DNA of 64,000 bases. Origin: Malacoraja senta. Taxonomy: Eukaryota. The stretch is taken from positions 18,602,001-18,666,000 of the forward strand of contig CM075988.1 of NCBI GenBank assembly GCA_038087875.1. Reading direction: 5' to 3'. Of the stretch, positions 49,951-63,041 are shown in pieces. Under the pieces are notes generated by a model. It did no database searches. It saw nothing but the letters and a program-made list of their open reading frames with translations, and was not told where the DNA came from. Within the stretch, counting starts at the first letter, position 1. Every line of letters starts with the position of its first letter. The position numbers and the translations under genes are program-made.

Positions 49951-50845
49951 TGACACAAAGCGATGGAGCACAGTATCCCAGGTACATCTGTGCTGCCCTG
50001 ACCACTACTCCATGTGAGGTGACAGGGCTTGGCATGGTGGCCAGGCCATGGCTGATTATTTAAGGGGAAAATGTCAATGGGGGCTCCATTAGATGCTCAG
50101 GAAGTAGAGGCTTTGATGTCGTGTTTCCTATTCCCCTGATGGGTTTTCCAAGCAGTTTTTGTTTTCTTTCTACCCCAGCGGGAAAAAAATTAAAATAATT
50201 TGAAAATGCCTTGAAGAGTCCAGAGGAAAATATTTGGATAATCGACGTGCGAGTTGTCAGGTTATAATTGATCGATACGGTTCTGACAATAGAGAGTCTC
50301 ATTGAATCACCAAGGAGAAAGCAATGTGTTTAAAGACTCCGTTCCCATAAATGGCTCCCCAGTGTTATCCAGATGGCACAAGACACCTGCAATTAGCATG
50401 ATAGGTTGTGTTCAAATTTACATAAAAGGCTTAATTATGTTAATTCTTTAACTCCATATCATTAGCATTGTCAAAAGATGAACAAAGGCAGATGTCCCCG
50501 TCTTTCAGTCATTGAGACATATCTCCATTTCGTTCATTTTCTGTCAAGGAGTTATACTAGTTGGGCGACAGAAACCCATTCTTTCACAGTAATACTTTAA
50601 CTGCACGTTTCCCAATGATTTTTTTTTTTGAGAAGCTTTTCCTTTCCCTAGTCATAGAATCACAGAACAGTACAAGATGGAAACAGTCATGTGGCCCACC
50701 GTGTCCATGCCGACCAAGTTAGCATATTAGCCTGCATTTGGCCCATGGCCCTCTCAACACTTCCTATCCACATATCTGCCCAATGTCTTTTAAAAGTCAG
50801 AATATTATCTGCTTCTATAGCTTCTGTGGCTTCCTTTAGACATTA

Positions 50846-51178
50846 GGTTTCAGAGATGCAGCGCGGAACGAGGCACATTTGGCCCACCGAGTCCGCGCCG
50901 ATCAGCGGTCACCTCGTACACTACCACTATCCTACACACTAGGGACGATTTATAATTTTTGCTGAAGCCAATTAACCTCCAAACCTGCACCAGGTTTGGA
51001 GGTTAATTGGCTTCAGCAAAAATTATAAAGTGTGGGAGGAAACTAGCGCATCTGGAGAAACCCCAAGCGGTCACGGGGAGAACGTACAAACTCCATACAG
51101 ACAGCACCTGTAGTCAGGATTGAACCCAGGTCTCTGGCGCTGCAAGGCAGAAACTCTACCACTGTGCCACCGTGCTGC
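50846..51178 (-). mobile_element. HE1-like SINE containing a 39-bp perfect inverted duplication
   Basis: Full-length reverse-complement SINE; palindrome at 50949-51029. Confidence 0.9.
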
Positions 51179-51721
51179 TCTCTGGCAGCGCATTCCAAAT
51201 GCGGACCACCCACTGAGTGAAAAAGTTGATCCTGAGCTCCCTCTTAAATCTCTGCCCTTTCACCTTAAGCCTAGGTTTAAAATCCTCCACCCTGAGAAAA
51301 GGACTGTGAGCGTTCACTTTATCCATGCCCCTCAATGATCTTGTGCACCTCAATAAGGTCACCCCTCAACCTCCTATGCTCCCAAGTCCCAGCCTGTCCA
51401 ACCTCTCCCTCCAACCTGCAAGCCCAGGTGACCTCCTGGTAAATCTTTTCTGCAGCCTGTCCAATTTAGAGTGTGCTGATGTGTAGGAAGGAACTGCAGA
51501 TGTTGGTTCATGCATTCTTGGTTCTTGATTTGTACAGGTGTCAGAGGTTATGGGGAGAAGGCAGGAGAATGGAGTTTGGAGGGAGAGGGTGAGATAGATC
51601 AGCCATGATTGAATGGCTGAGTAGACGTGACGGGGCGAGTGGCCTAATTCTACCCCTATCACATGACCTTATGCAGAAGATAGACACAAAGGGCTGGAGT
51701 AACTCAGCAGGACAGGCAGCA

Positions 51722-52165
51722 TAGGTTAACATATGATGAGTGTTCGACGGTACTGGGCCTGTACTTGCTGGAGTTTAGAAGAATGAGGGGGAACCTCATT
51801 GAAACGTACAGAATAGTGAAAGTCTTAGATAGGGTGGATTTGGAGGATGTTTCCACTGGTGGGAGAGTCTTGGACTAGAGGTCGTAGCCTCAGAATTAAA
51901 GGACGTTCTTTTAGGGAGGAGATGAGGAGGAAATTCTTCAGTCAGAGAGTGGTGAATTGTGGAATTCTTTTGTGGAGGCCAAGTCAGTGGATATTTTTAA
52001 GGCAGAGATAGATTCTTGATTAGTACGGATGTCAGAGGTTGTGGGGAGAAGGCAGGAGAATGAGGTTAGGAGGGAGAGATGGATCAGCCATGATTGAATG
52101 GCGGAGCGGACTTGATGGGCCGAATGGCCTAATTCTCCTCCTATCTCACTTACGATCTTATGAAT
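51722..52165 (+). mobile_element. CR1-clade LINE 3' fragment (degenerate)
   Basis: Nucleotide similarity to the 48.3 kb and 15.8 kb copies, including the 3' UTR. Confidence 0.85.
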
Positions 52166-53040
52166 TATGATGAGCATCTCTGGAGAAAAAGGATGGGTGA
52201 AGTTTCAGGTTGGAACACTTCTTCTGACTGGTCAGATGGGAATATCAGTTGAGTTACATTAAGCAGCTCTTCGAACCATTCGCACTGTTGGGGGAGTTAC
52301 ATTTTAGATGAGATATTAAAGTAAGATCTTGTTTCCAGCTGAGATGGTCTTATTGGGTCCCATTGCACTGAGCAGGGCTGATCTCTCCTTTGGTTCAAGG
52401 CCAACAGTTATCCCTCAATTAATATCATTAAAAACAGTTCATTTGGCTATTATATTGCAGTGTGCAAACTTTCTGTACATAAAATACCTCTCCAAAGTAC
52501 GTAGCAGCAACTAAATTTCACAGGCGATGTTTGAGGATGTCGCCAAGACTCGAGGGGCTGAACTATAGGGAGAGGTTAGGCGGGCTAGGACTTTATTCCT
52601 TGGAGGGCAGGAGGCTGAGAGGTGATCATATAGAGCTCTATAAAATCATGAAGGGATTGAAGGGAATCTATATGTGCAGCATTAAAGGAAAGATGGGAAC
52701 AGGAGAGAGAATAGGGCTGCCCAGAAAGCGATGCGGTAATATCAGTGTGGAGCCACAGGAGATGGGCAAGTTCCTCAATGAGTATTTCTCCTCTGTTTAT
52801 ATTATGAAGAAAGACATGAAGACTGGGGATAGACACAAAATGTTGGAGCAACTCAGCGGGACAGGCAGCATCTCTGGAAAGGTCGAGACCCTTCTTCAGA
52901 CTGAAGACTAGGAAACTTGGTACAGTTAATGGGGATGTCTTGAGGACAATCCGTATTTTGGTCGAGGAGCTGCTAAACGTCCTGAGGCATATGAAAGCAT
53001 TAAAAGTGTATTATTCTCCCAAGTCTGATCAGATGTATTT

Positions 53041-53889
53041 GAGTTTAAGTTCAAGTTTACATTTATTGTCACATGGACCAATTGGTACAGTGAAATGTGA
53101 GTTACCATACAGCCATATGAATAAATAAAAAGAACACAACACACGATAGGATTTAACATGAACATCCCCACACAGCAGAATCAACGTTTCCCACTGTGAG
53201 GGAAGGCAATAAAGTTCAGTCATCTTCCTCTTTGTTCACCCGTGGTCGGGGCCTCGAGCCCTCCGCAGTCGCCGCTACGGGCGGCCCGATGTTCAGGCCC
53301 TCTCGCTGAGATGATTGGAACTCCGACGTCGGAACGGAAGAACATTCTCAGCGGCTTGGAGTTTCCGAATCGGCCGCTTCTTACCGGAGACCGCGGCTCC
53401 CGAAGTCCACAGGCCGAGCTGGGCGGAGATTCAGCACTGGCGGGCCTCGGCAAAGGGATCACCAAGGACTCCGCGATGTTGACGTCAGCGCCGCCCACCG
53501 CTAGAAGCTCCGCAACCACAGCTCCACGATGTTAAAGCGGCAGGCCCAACACTCCGGAGCTTCAACACGGCGATCCCCGGTAAGGCATCGCCCGCTCCGC
53601 GATGGTAAATCAGCGCTGCACCGCCGCTGAAGCTCTGGTCGGTCTCCGGCAGGAAAGGCCGCGTCAATCCAGATGGTAGGCCGTGAGGGGGGGGCGAAGA
53701 CGCGACTCGGAGAATAGTCGCATCCTCACCAGGAAGTGACTGAGAAACAGTTTCCCCCTTACCCTCCCCACCTCCCCCACATACAAAGACTAAGAAACCT
53801 CCAAAAACATACTTTTTAAACTAAAAATAACAAAAAGATGAAAAAACAGACAGACTGTAGGCAGAGGCTGCCATCATATGGCGCCCCTG
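53041..53889 (-). mobile_element. CpG-rich non-coding retroelement with Rex1-type 3' end (apparently near full length)
   Basis: Homologous in reverse orientation to 33497-34079 and directly to 55125-55330. Ends ATGTGACAATAAA plus (TTGAAC)-like tail on the minus strand. Confidence 0.7.
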
Positions 53890-56529
53890 GTGGCCTAGGT
53901 CAAACCAGGGCAGGACCATCACAGTGAATGGCAAAGCCCTAGGGAGCATGGTACAGCAGTGGGATCTAGGAGTACAGGTACATAGTACCCTGAAAGTGGT
54001 ATCACAGGTAGATAGGGTGGTCAAGAAGGCTGTATGACTCTCTGACCCTAACTCCAATCGTTTTGCAAGTTTGAGAGGGGCTGTCAAAGCCAGCATTTTT
54101 CACTAACAGAAAACCTACTGTAAACATTGAGCCAGCAAGAGTTTATGTTTGGAAGGTCAACATTCTTGTCATTTACAGACACAAAGTGTTGGAATAACTC
54201 AATATCTCTGGAGAAAATGGATAGTTAGTTTAGTTTAGACATACAGCGCGGAAACAGGCCTTATGGCCCACCGAGTCCTCACCGACCAGCGATCCCTGGA
54301 CATTATCACCGCCCTACACACACTAGGGACAATTTTACATTTAAAAAAATACTGTATATATCAAGCCAACAACTCCAGCGAGTACAGGCCCAGTTCCTTC
54401 AAACGCTCATCATTCTAATGACAAGTGTACAAGCTAGTTCTGCTTTCGATTCCACTAAAACAAATTAGATTTGAGTTCCATGTTCCTTTTCCCTCTCAGT
54501 GTTATGTGGAGAAAAATAACCGTAAATACTAAAATGCAATCATCAAAAATATGACATTGGTGCCGAGGTGCCACTTGGCTGTGAATATTGAGTTAATCTC
54601 CAAAATATCAGATCCTAACCATTGATTTTCACAACAGCTCTGTTCCAGACACCCGCCCTATTATTCCATTTTGAAGCTCTTAAAACAGCTTGCTTTCTAA
54701 TCCATCTTAATCATATTTTTTCTGTAACAGACATGTTTTTCAAACTTCCAAAACCTCCTGGAGTGTTGTACACACATATGTCGACCTCTCCAAAGCATCC
54801 AGCATCATTTCCCTCCTCCACTGCTTATCTCCACTATGATTGGTGGACAAATGTCTACCCTGCTGTGCATGCAGGCCATAGATAATCTGCAAGGATGTAA
54901 CCCCTCTTTGACTGGCTGTGCTTCAACATGTGATATTAGACTTCGTACAGGATTTTGCATTCTGCCAGAGAATGAACATTTCCCCCCCATCGTAGTTAGA
55001 CACAATAAGCTGGAGTAAGGTACACAAAAATGCTGGAGAAACTCAGCGGGTGCAGCAGCATCTATGGAGCTGGAGGAACTTAGCGGGTCAGGTAGCATCT
55101 CTAGAGAAAAGGAATAGGTGACGGATCGGAACATCCGGCGGCTCGGAATTCCCGAATCGGCCGCTTCCTACCGGAGACCGCGGCTTCACGATGTCAAGTC
55201 CACAGGCCCAGCGGTTGGGGCACCTCTTCCGGCGATCCTCGGCAAAGGTCGCAGGCAGCTCCACGATGCTAAAGACCATGCCGAGCCCGCGGCTGGAAGC
55301 TCCACAGACCGAGCTCCATGATGTTAGAGCCTCAGATGTTAGAGGTCATAGCCTCAGAATTAAAGGACGTTCCTTTAAGAAGAAGAGGAGGAATTTCTTT
55401 AATCAGAGGGTAGTGAATCTGTGGAATTATTTGCCACAGAAGGCTGTGGAGGCCAAGTCAATGGATATTTTTAAGGCAAATAAATAGATTCTTGATTAGT
55501 ATGGTCTGAAGAAGGGTCTCAACCGGAAAGGTCACCCATTCCTTCTCTACAGACATGCTGCCGGTCCCATCTGAGTTACTCCAGCTTTTTGTGTCTATCT
55601 TCGGTGTTAGGGGTTATGGGGAGAAGGCTGGAGAATGGGGTTAGGAGGGAGAGATAGATCAGCCATGATTGAATGGCGGAGTGGACCTCTTGGGCCAGAT
55701 GGCCTAATTCTGTTCCAATCACGGTGACCTTAAGAACCTCCAGCAGCCGCATCCCCGCTTCCATGCTCAGAGCCGAGGTCATCGTGTCCCGATTCCCGAG
55801 CCGATCACGCAAGTTTAAGGCGGTTTCCGAGGGTGGGGGAGGGGAGTTTGCGGACGGTTCACAGCCACCAACTCTCCGCTTCACCTTCCACCGTCAGCGT
55901 TTGGGAAGTCGATCTTGACCTCCTGTGTTCGCCTCTCTCATCTCGTTACGCTGAGCAGATGATGATGGATGGATATCCACTATCTACGGTGCACTGCCTA
56001 CACTAATGACAAACAATTATATCTTTAAATGACTCCGATTAAGGGACCAAACGTGTTTGTTATTTATCTGTAGACACAAAGCTAGGCAGGAGAGTTAGCT
56101 GTGAAGCAGTTAGTTCAGAAAGCTAACAGAACCTTATTGTTTTTTGTGAGTGAAATTGTGAACAGAAATAGGGAGGTAATGCTTGAATAATATAGAGACT
56201 TTGTCCCTATATAAACACTTGGTGAATTTCTTTTTGACCATTTAATAATCTGTTGCATTACTTGGATTCCAAGCAGGAATATTTCAGCCGTAACTGAAGG
56301 GATCAGAAGATCGACACAAAAAGCTGGAGTAAAACAGGAATAGGCAATGTTTCGGATCACAACCCTTCTTCAGATCTGAAAAGTCACCTATTTCTTTTCT
56401 CCAGAGATGTTGCCTTACCGGTTGAGTTAATCTAGCGTCAACCCGGTATAAACCAACATCTGCAGTTCCTTCCTACACATTGAAGGGATCAAGGCAGGAG
56501 TGCACTTCAATTCTGCAGTGGCATTATAG

Positions 56530-56849
56530 GACGGTGGCGCAGCGGTAGAGTTGCTGCCTTACAGCGAATGCAGCGCCGGAGACCCGGGTTCGATCCTGAC
56601 TGCGGGTGCTGTCTGTACGGAGTTTGTACGTTCTCCCCGTGACCTGCGTGGGTTTTCTCCGATATCTTCGGTTTCCTACCACACTCCAAAGACGTACAGG
56701 TATGTTGGTTAATTGGCTTGGTAAATGTAAAAAAATGTCCCTGGTGTGTGTAGAACAGTGTTAATGTGCAGGGATCGCTGGTTGGCGTGGAACCGGTGGG
56801 CAGAAGGGCCTGTTTCCACGCTGTATCTCTAAACTAAATTAAACTAAAC
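56530..56849 (+). mobile_element. HE1-like SINE
   Basis: Full-length match. Confidence 0.9.
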
Positions 56850-57959
56850 CATGAATACTTGGTGGCCACAGAATGAAATATAAATTTGTATGGAGACCGC
56901 ATAGACTGACAATGGTCTTCAGCCATGGAGACGCATTGATTAGTTAATTCCGTTCTTCAAGTCCAAGTTCAAATTTAATGTCATATGCATGTGTTTGGTG
57001 AGGTGCAGGTGAAATGAAAAAGCTTGCATTCAATTGCATACAATCACAGGATCACAACATCTCAGACAAATACCCAAAAACAAATTACACATAAAATCCT
57101 AAACGAAGAAGACTTCAAAAAAAAAGAACGACTTTAGTGCAAAACTATTATCAGAAAACAAAAACAAATCCATAGAGATGGTTCGTAGTGTTCTGTGGAT
57201 GAGTTAGGGTTTGCTTGGAAAGTGACTATTCTTGGTGTAGTGTGGGACTTAAGGCTTCTGTACCTTCTGCCCGATGATAGCAGCGATGATGGCACGGCCC
57301 AGATGATAGATGCCGCCATCTTGAGGTGCTTTTGATGGTGGGGATGGCGGTTGCGTCCGTGATGGCCCGGGCTGAGTCCACCACTCTTTGCAGCCTGTGT
57401 AGGAAGGAACTGCAGATGCTGGTTCACACTGACGATTGACACAAAATGCTGGAGTAACTCAGTGGGTCAGGCAGCATCTCTGGAGAGAAGGAGTGGGTGA
57501 CGTTTTGGGTCGAGAACCTTCTTCAGCCTCTCCGCAGCCTCTTACGTTCCTGTCTGTTGGAATTGCCATACTAGATCGTGATGCAACCAGCCAGTCAAGC
57601 CTGAAGTGCCAATTTTGTGGAAGTAACTGAGATCAGACTGAAGTACAAGTTTGTGCTTCTGGGTGAAAACACACGACTTAGTTGAGGAGAAGTTGCTGTG
57701 ATTTCTTCTGTAGCTTCTCTCCGCTCTGCCCTCTAAATAGACAGTTTTCTGTATAAATGGATGCTGTTAGTCATGACATGAGGCCTGGGATCCAACTCTG
57801 GCTGACACAGAGATATCAGTGGAGACTCTGTAATTTATCATAGAGCCCTTCCTCACAACAGTGACAGCACTTTCAAATTGTTTCAGTGGTTCTGAAGGGC
57901 TTTGGAAAAGTTGAAAAGCACATGAAAGGCACCAAAAATATCCAAGTTGACTTATCTTT

Positions 57960-58235
57960 CTGATAATTTATTAGCATATGACATTATAATTTAATAATAC
58001 ATTAGTTATAATTAATATAAATGTATTTTTGCATGTATTAATATGTGGTATGTATTATTACTATATAGATGCATTGATATGCTTATAATTCAATGATACA
58101 TTAATACTTAATAATCCTTAAATGTTTCATATTGTTATTAATTATAGCATAATTACTATTCAAAGGCAATAAGTTGTTGCATCTTATTTCCCTTTTGAAA
58201 TTCCAGCATATTAATGGCATATTAATATCAAGCAG
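57960..58235. repeat. AT-rich low-complexity tract
   Basis: Dense TAAT/ATTA/TATA content without clear periodicity. Confidence 0.7.
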
Positions 58236-58974
58236 TGGTCACATGGAGAGAATCAGTTAATGGAAACAGCATACATCAGTGGAGAAATGCTGGCTTCTTA
58301 ATATACTTGTAATTGTTTTCGGGTACTTACCAGTGTGGCGTAATTACAGTCGGGTAATCAGCCTGGGCTGTAAGGATCATTAATCCTCTACTCAGTCTCA
58401 AGGTTGCAAAATGCATTTGGAAATGCATCAAGCTTCTGCTGCAGTTGCTGCATTGCCCTCTTCATCTTCCTGTCATTAACGGGGTTCCCTGGGGTCCCAT
58501 CTTCTATCCCACCCCGACAAGGCTGCATATCGATCACCTCCTCCAAGCCACCGGTCAAGTCTTTCCCATTCTTTAATGGGTGAAGGCACTGCGGAGTTAT
58601 CGTCGTCTCTTCACTGTGGAACGAACGCCTGAGTCACTTCTCCATCTGCCTCTCCTCCGTGTCCTTCACTGGGGCTGGGAAATCTCATTTCTGCCCATTC
58701 TTCAATGGCGGTGCCCGTACATACTCAACCTCTCCCTTTAGCTCAGGCCCTCAAGTCCTGGGAACATCCTGGTAAATCTTCTCTGCATCCTTTCCAGCTT
58801 GACAACATCTTTCCTATAACATGGTGCCCAGGACTGAACGCAATACTCCAAATGCGTTCTCACCAACGTCCTACACATCTGTATATACAACTATACAACA
58901 TACTGTTGTTTGTTATTTATGTGCTGGCTCGAAGGGCCGAATGGCTTACGCCTGAACCTATTTTCCATGTCTTT

Positions 58975-59850
58975 TGAAAGTGGCACCACAGATAGAAATG
59001 TGAGGTGTTGCATTTTTAAAAGTCTAACATGGGCAGGACGTACGCAGTGAATGGTAGGGCTCTGGGGAGTGTTGTGGAACAGAGGGACCAAGGAGAGCAG
59101 GCACATAGTTCGTTGAAGGTGGCACCACAGGTGGATAGGATGGACACAAAGGCTTTTGACACATTGGCCATCATCACTCAGAGTACTGAGCAAAGCAGTT
59201 GGGAGGTCATGTTGCAGTTGCATAAGACGTTGATGAGGCCGCATTTAGAGTATTGCGTTCAGTTCTCTGAGCAAAGCAAGAATTTCATTGTCCTATCAGG
59301 GACACATGACAATAAACTCACTTGACTTGAACTTGAACATGTTGTAGGAAAGATGGTGTCGATCTGCAAAGGATGCCGAGAAGATTTACGAGGATGTTGC
59401 CAGGATTCAAGGGCCTGAACTATGGGGAGAGGTTGAGCAGGCTAGGACTTTCTTGGAGGGGAGGAGGATGAGGGGTGATCTTATCGAGGTATACAAAATC
59501 ATGAGAGGAATAGATTGAGTTGACGCAAGATTGAGTCTCTTGTCCAGAGTAGGGAAATCAAGAACCAGAGGACATACGTTTAAAGTTGAGAAGGGAAAGG
59601 TTCAATAGGAACCCGAGGGATAACCTTTTCATACAGAGGAGGGCGGTGGGTGGGTGGCACGAGCTGCCGGAAGAGGTAGTTGAGGCAGGTTGGAAGGATG
59701 ACATTAAACTGGAAAGTGTACAAAAAAGATTCATGAGGATGTTACTAGGTCTGGAAGGTTTGTGTTGTAAAGAGAGGGTGGAGAGGCTGGGTCTTTTTTA
59801 CCTGGAGCGTAGGAGGCTAAGAGGTGACCTTATTGAGGAGTACAAGATCA
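58975..59850 (+). mobile_element. Older CR1-clade LINE fragments
   Basis: Peptides LQLHKTLMRPHLEYCVQF and LESVQKRFMRMLLGLEGL...RRRLRGDLIE. Interrupted by a short Rex1-type tail at about 59270-59337. Confidence 0.8.
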
Positions 59851-60489
59851 ATCTTTCACACTCCAATTAATTTGACTCTTGGTATTCTGCAATATTCCCT
59901 GCCCAACACTAATGTGTGTAACAGGTTGTAAGGCAGCATAAACATACTCGTTAATCCAGCAATTCATATTCAGACTCCGACATGTTTTTTACAAAGCCAA
60001 TTGTCAATTTAGCACAGTGAAACAAAGAGCTGCAGATGCTGGTTAATAAACAAAAAGACACAAAGTGTTTGAGTCTGAAGAAGGGTCTCGACCTGGATCA
60101 TCTCCTATCTACTGTATCTCATCCAAGGCCCAACTTGCCCACACCGGCCACCATGTCCCATCTACCTGCGTTTTGCCCATATCCCTCCAAACCTGTCCTA
60201 TCCATGTACCTGTCTAACTATTTCTTAAATGTTGGGATAGTCCCAGCCTCAACTACCTCCTCTGGCAGCATGTTCCATACATCCACCACCCTTTGTGTGA
60301 AAAAGTCACCCCTCAGATTTCTGTCAAATCCTTTCCCCTTCAACCTATGTCCTCTGGTCCTCGATTCACCTTCTCTGGGCAAGAGACCCTGTGTATCTAC
60401 CCGATCTATTCCTGTGCTCCTTAATAAAGGCACATTGGTCCGATGTTACAGCCACCATGATGTCTCTGCTGCTGGAGACCTCCTGCAAG

Positions 60490-60700
60490 AAACCACAGTT
60501 TGCATGGTCTCCCTGTGACCGCGTGGGTTTTCTCCGGGTGCTTCTGTTTCCTCCCACACTCCAAAAACGTACAGGTTTGTAGGTTAATTGGCTTTGGTAA
60601 AAATTGTCCCTGGTGTGCAGGATAGTGCTACGGGGTGTTTGCTGGTCAAGTCTGTGCGCCGAAGGGCCTGTTTCCGTGCTGTATCTCTAAAATCTAAAAT
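60490..60700 (+). mobile_element. HE1-like SINE, 3' part
   Basis: V-domain and tail. Confidence 0.85.
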
Positions 60701-61031
60701 GTAAATCATTTATACATTGAAGCTCCCAGAAAAAGCGAACACCATAACATTTGGCTGAGGCATGAATACAGGCCTGTTCTTCAGACCTGTGAGATCTTTA
60801 GCAACCACCTGAACACGTCACCATCCACCCGGTCGCCTTGCTCCTTTCCTCTCCTCTGCACCCACATCTCACATATCCATCTCCCACATTTCCCTTATAT
60901 CCCCCCTTTTCCACTCCCCCCCATCCCCTTCCACCCTCATCCCTTCCTGGGCCTTTACATATCACCCCTCCTCCTCACCCCTCCTTCTCTCTCCTCCCCT
61001 TTAGTCTCCTTTTCACCCTCTGGCCTTACAG

Positions 61032-61332
61032 GTGGCATGGTGGTGCAGCGGTAGAGTTTCCGCCTTACAGCGCCAGAGACCCGGGTTCGATACCTGACTA
61101 CGGCTGCTTGTCTGTACACTGCACAGAGTTTGTATGTTCTCACCATGACCTGCGTGGGTTTTCTCCGGTTTCCTCCCAAACTCCAAAGGCGTACAGGGTT
61201 AATTGGCTTGGGATAATTGTAATTACTCCCTAGTGTGTGTAGGATAGTGTTAGTGTGGGGGGATCACTGGTCAGTGCGGGCACGGTGGGCTGAAGGGCCT
61301 GTTTCCATGCTGTATCTCTAAACTAAACTAAA
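61032..61332 (+). mobile_element. HE1-like SINE
   Basis: Full-length match. Confidence 0.9.
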
Positions 61333-61680
61333 TTCCACAAGTCTGATAATCACCCCCTCGCCTGTATCCACCTATCACTCGCTTCAGTCTGAAGGGGGGT
61401 CTCAACCCGAAACGTCACCCATTCCTTCTCTCCGGAGATGCTGCCTGTCCAGCTGAGTTACTGCACCATTTTGTGTCTACCTTCGATTTAAACCAGCATC
61501 TGTAGTTCTTTCCTATCATTCGCCAGGCTTTTTCCCACCTCTCTCTGTTCCAGCTTTCTCTACCCCTTACTCCATCAGACTGTAGAAGGATCCTGACCCA
61601 TAACATCACCTGTCCATTTCCCTGTCTGACCCGCTGAGTTCCTCCAGCACTTGTCAAGCTTGGATCCATTTGGTTGATTT

Positions 61681-62029
61681 AAGGGCCTGTCCCACTGTAC
61701 GAGGTAATTCAAGAGTTCTCCCCAGATTCGAACTCGGAGAATGTCCGTAGCGGGTCCGTAGGAGTTCGTGGATGTCTCGTAGCGGCTCGTATGAGTAAAA
61801 TGTTTTTTAAAATTTCATCACGAGTATTTTTTTACTCGTGGACATTTTTCACAGTGTTGAAAAAACCGTCACGAGTTACCGGATATCCCGAGTACCTACC
61901 GTTAGCATTACGAGCCTCTACGAGACATCCACGAACTCCTAAGGACCCGCTACGGACATTCTCCGAGTTCGAATCTGGGGAAAACTCGGGAGAACTCTTG
62001 AATTACCTCATACTGTGGGACAGGCCCTT
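61681..62029. mobile_element. MITE / non-autonomous DNA transposon with ~110-120 bp terminal inverted repeats (PIF/Harbinger-like termini)
   Basis: AAGGGCCTGTCCCAC...GGCTCGTA at left is the reverse complement of TACGAGCC...GTGGGACAGGCCCTT at right, apart from a few substitutions and an ~11-bp deletion in the left arm. No coding capacity. Superfamily is inferred from the GGGCC termini; TSD unclear. Confidence 0.85.
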
Positions 62030-62271
62030 TGCAGGAAGGACAAATGAGATATTAACATCAATCAATGATCTTCATACTGATTGAAACATTATGCCTCTAA
62101 TTGAGGAAGTGCAACTTTTAGAATTAACAAGCAGTAACCAGGAAGCATTCTGAGAGTGAAGTGGGTCACTGACTCTTATGCCCATTGGGACCACTTAAGC
62201 AGCCCTGGTTTCCTACATTCATAGTAAATGTGTTGCTTAATTTGGACGCATGAATCTTGAGCTGGTGGGAT

Positions 62272-63041
62272 ACATAGATACATAGATACATAGAAAATAG
62301 GTGCAGGAGTAGGCCATTCGGCCCTTCGAGCCTGCACCGCCATTCAATATGATCATGGCTGATCATCCAACTCAGTATCCCGTACCTGCCTTCTCTCCAT
62401 ACCCCCTGATCCCTTTAGCCACAAGGGCCACATCTAACTCCCTCATAAATATAGCCAATGAACTGGCGTCAACTACCCTCTGTGGCAGAGAGTTCCAGAG
62501 ATTCACCACTCTCTGTGTGAAAAAGTTTTTCCTCATCTCGGTCTTAAAGGATTTCCCCCTTATCCTTAAGCTGTGACCCCTTGTCCTGGACTTCCCCAAC
62601 ATCGGGAACAATCTTCCTGCATCTAGCCTGTCCAACCCCATAAGAATTTTGTACGTTTCTATAAGATCCCCTCTCAATCTCCTAAATTCTAGCGAGTATA
62701 AGCCAAGTCTATCCAGTCTTTCTTCATATGAAAGTCCTGACATCCCAGGAATCAGTCTGGTGAACCTTATCTGCACTCCCTCTATGGCTATAATGTCCTT
62801 CCTCAGATTTGGAGACCAAAACTGTAAGCAATACTCCAGGTGTGGTCTCACCAAGACCCTGTACAACTGCAGTAGAACCTCCCTGCTCCTATACTCAAAT
62901 CCTCTTCCTATGAAGGCCAACATACCATTCGCTTTCTTCACTGCCTGCTGCACCTGCATGCCTACTTTCAATGACTGGTGTACCATGACACCCAGGTCTC
63001 GCTGCACCTCCCCATTTCCTAATCGGCCACCATTTAGATAA
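62272..63041 (-). mobile_element. CR1-clade LINE 3' fragment
   Basis: ORF 62372-63007 (RDLGV, LVRPHLEYCLQFWSP, TRGHSL, RVVNLWNSLP) is homologous to the 15.8 kb copy. (TCTATGTA)n tail. Confidence 0.95.

Noticed and set aside
53881..53895. CTCF-like motif CCACCAGGGGCGC (minus strand)
   Set aside because: One G short of the core spacing, and it sits at a repeat junction.
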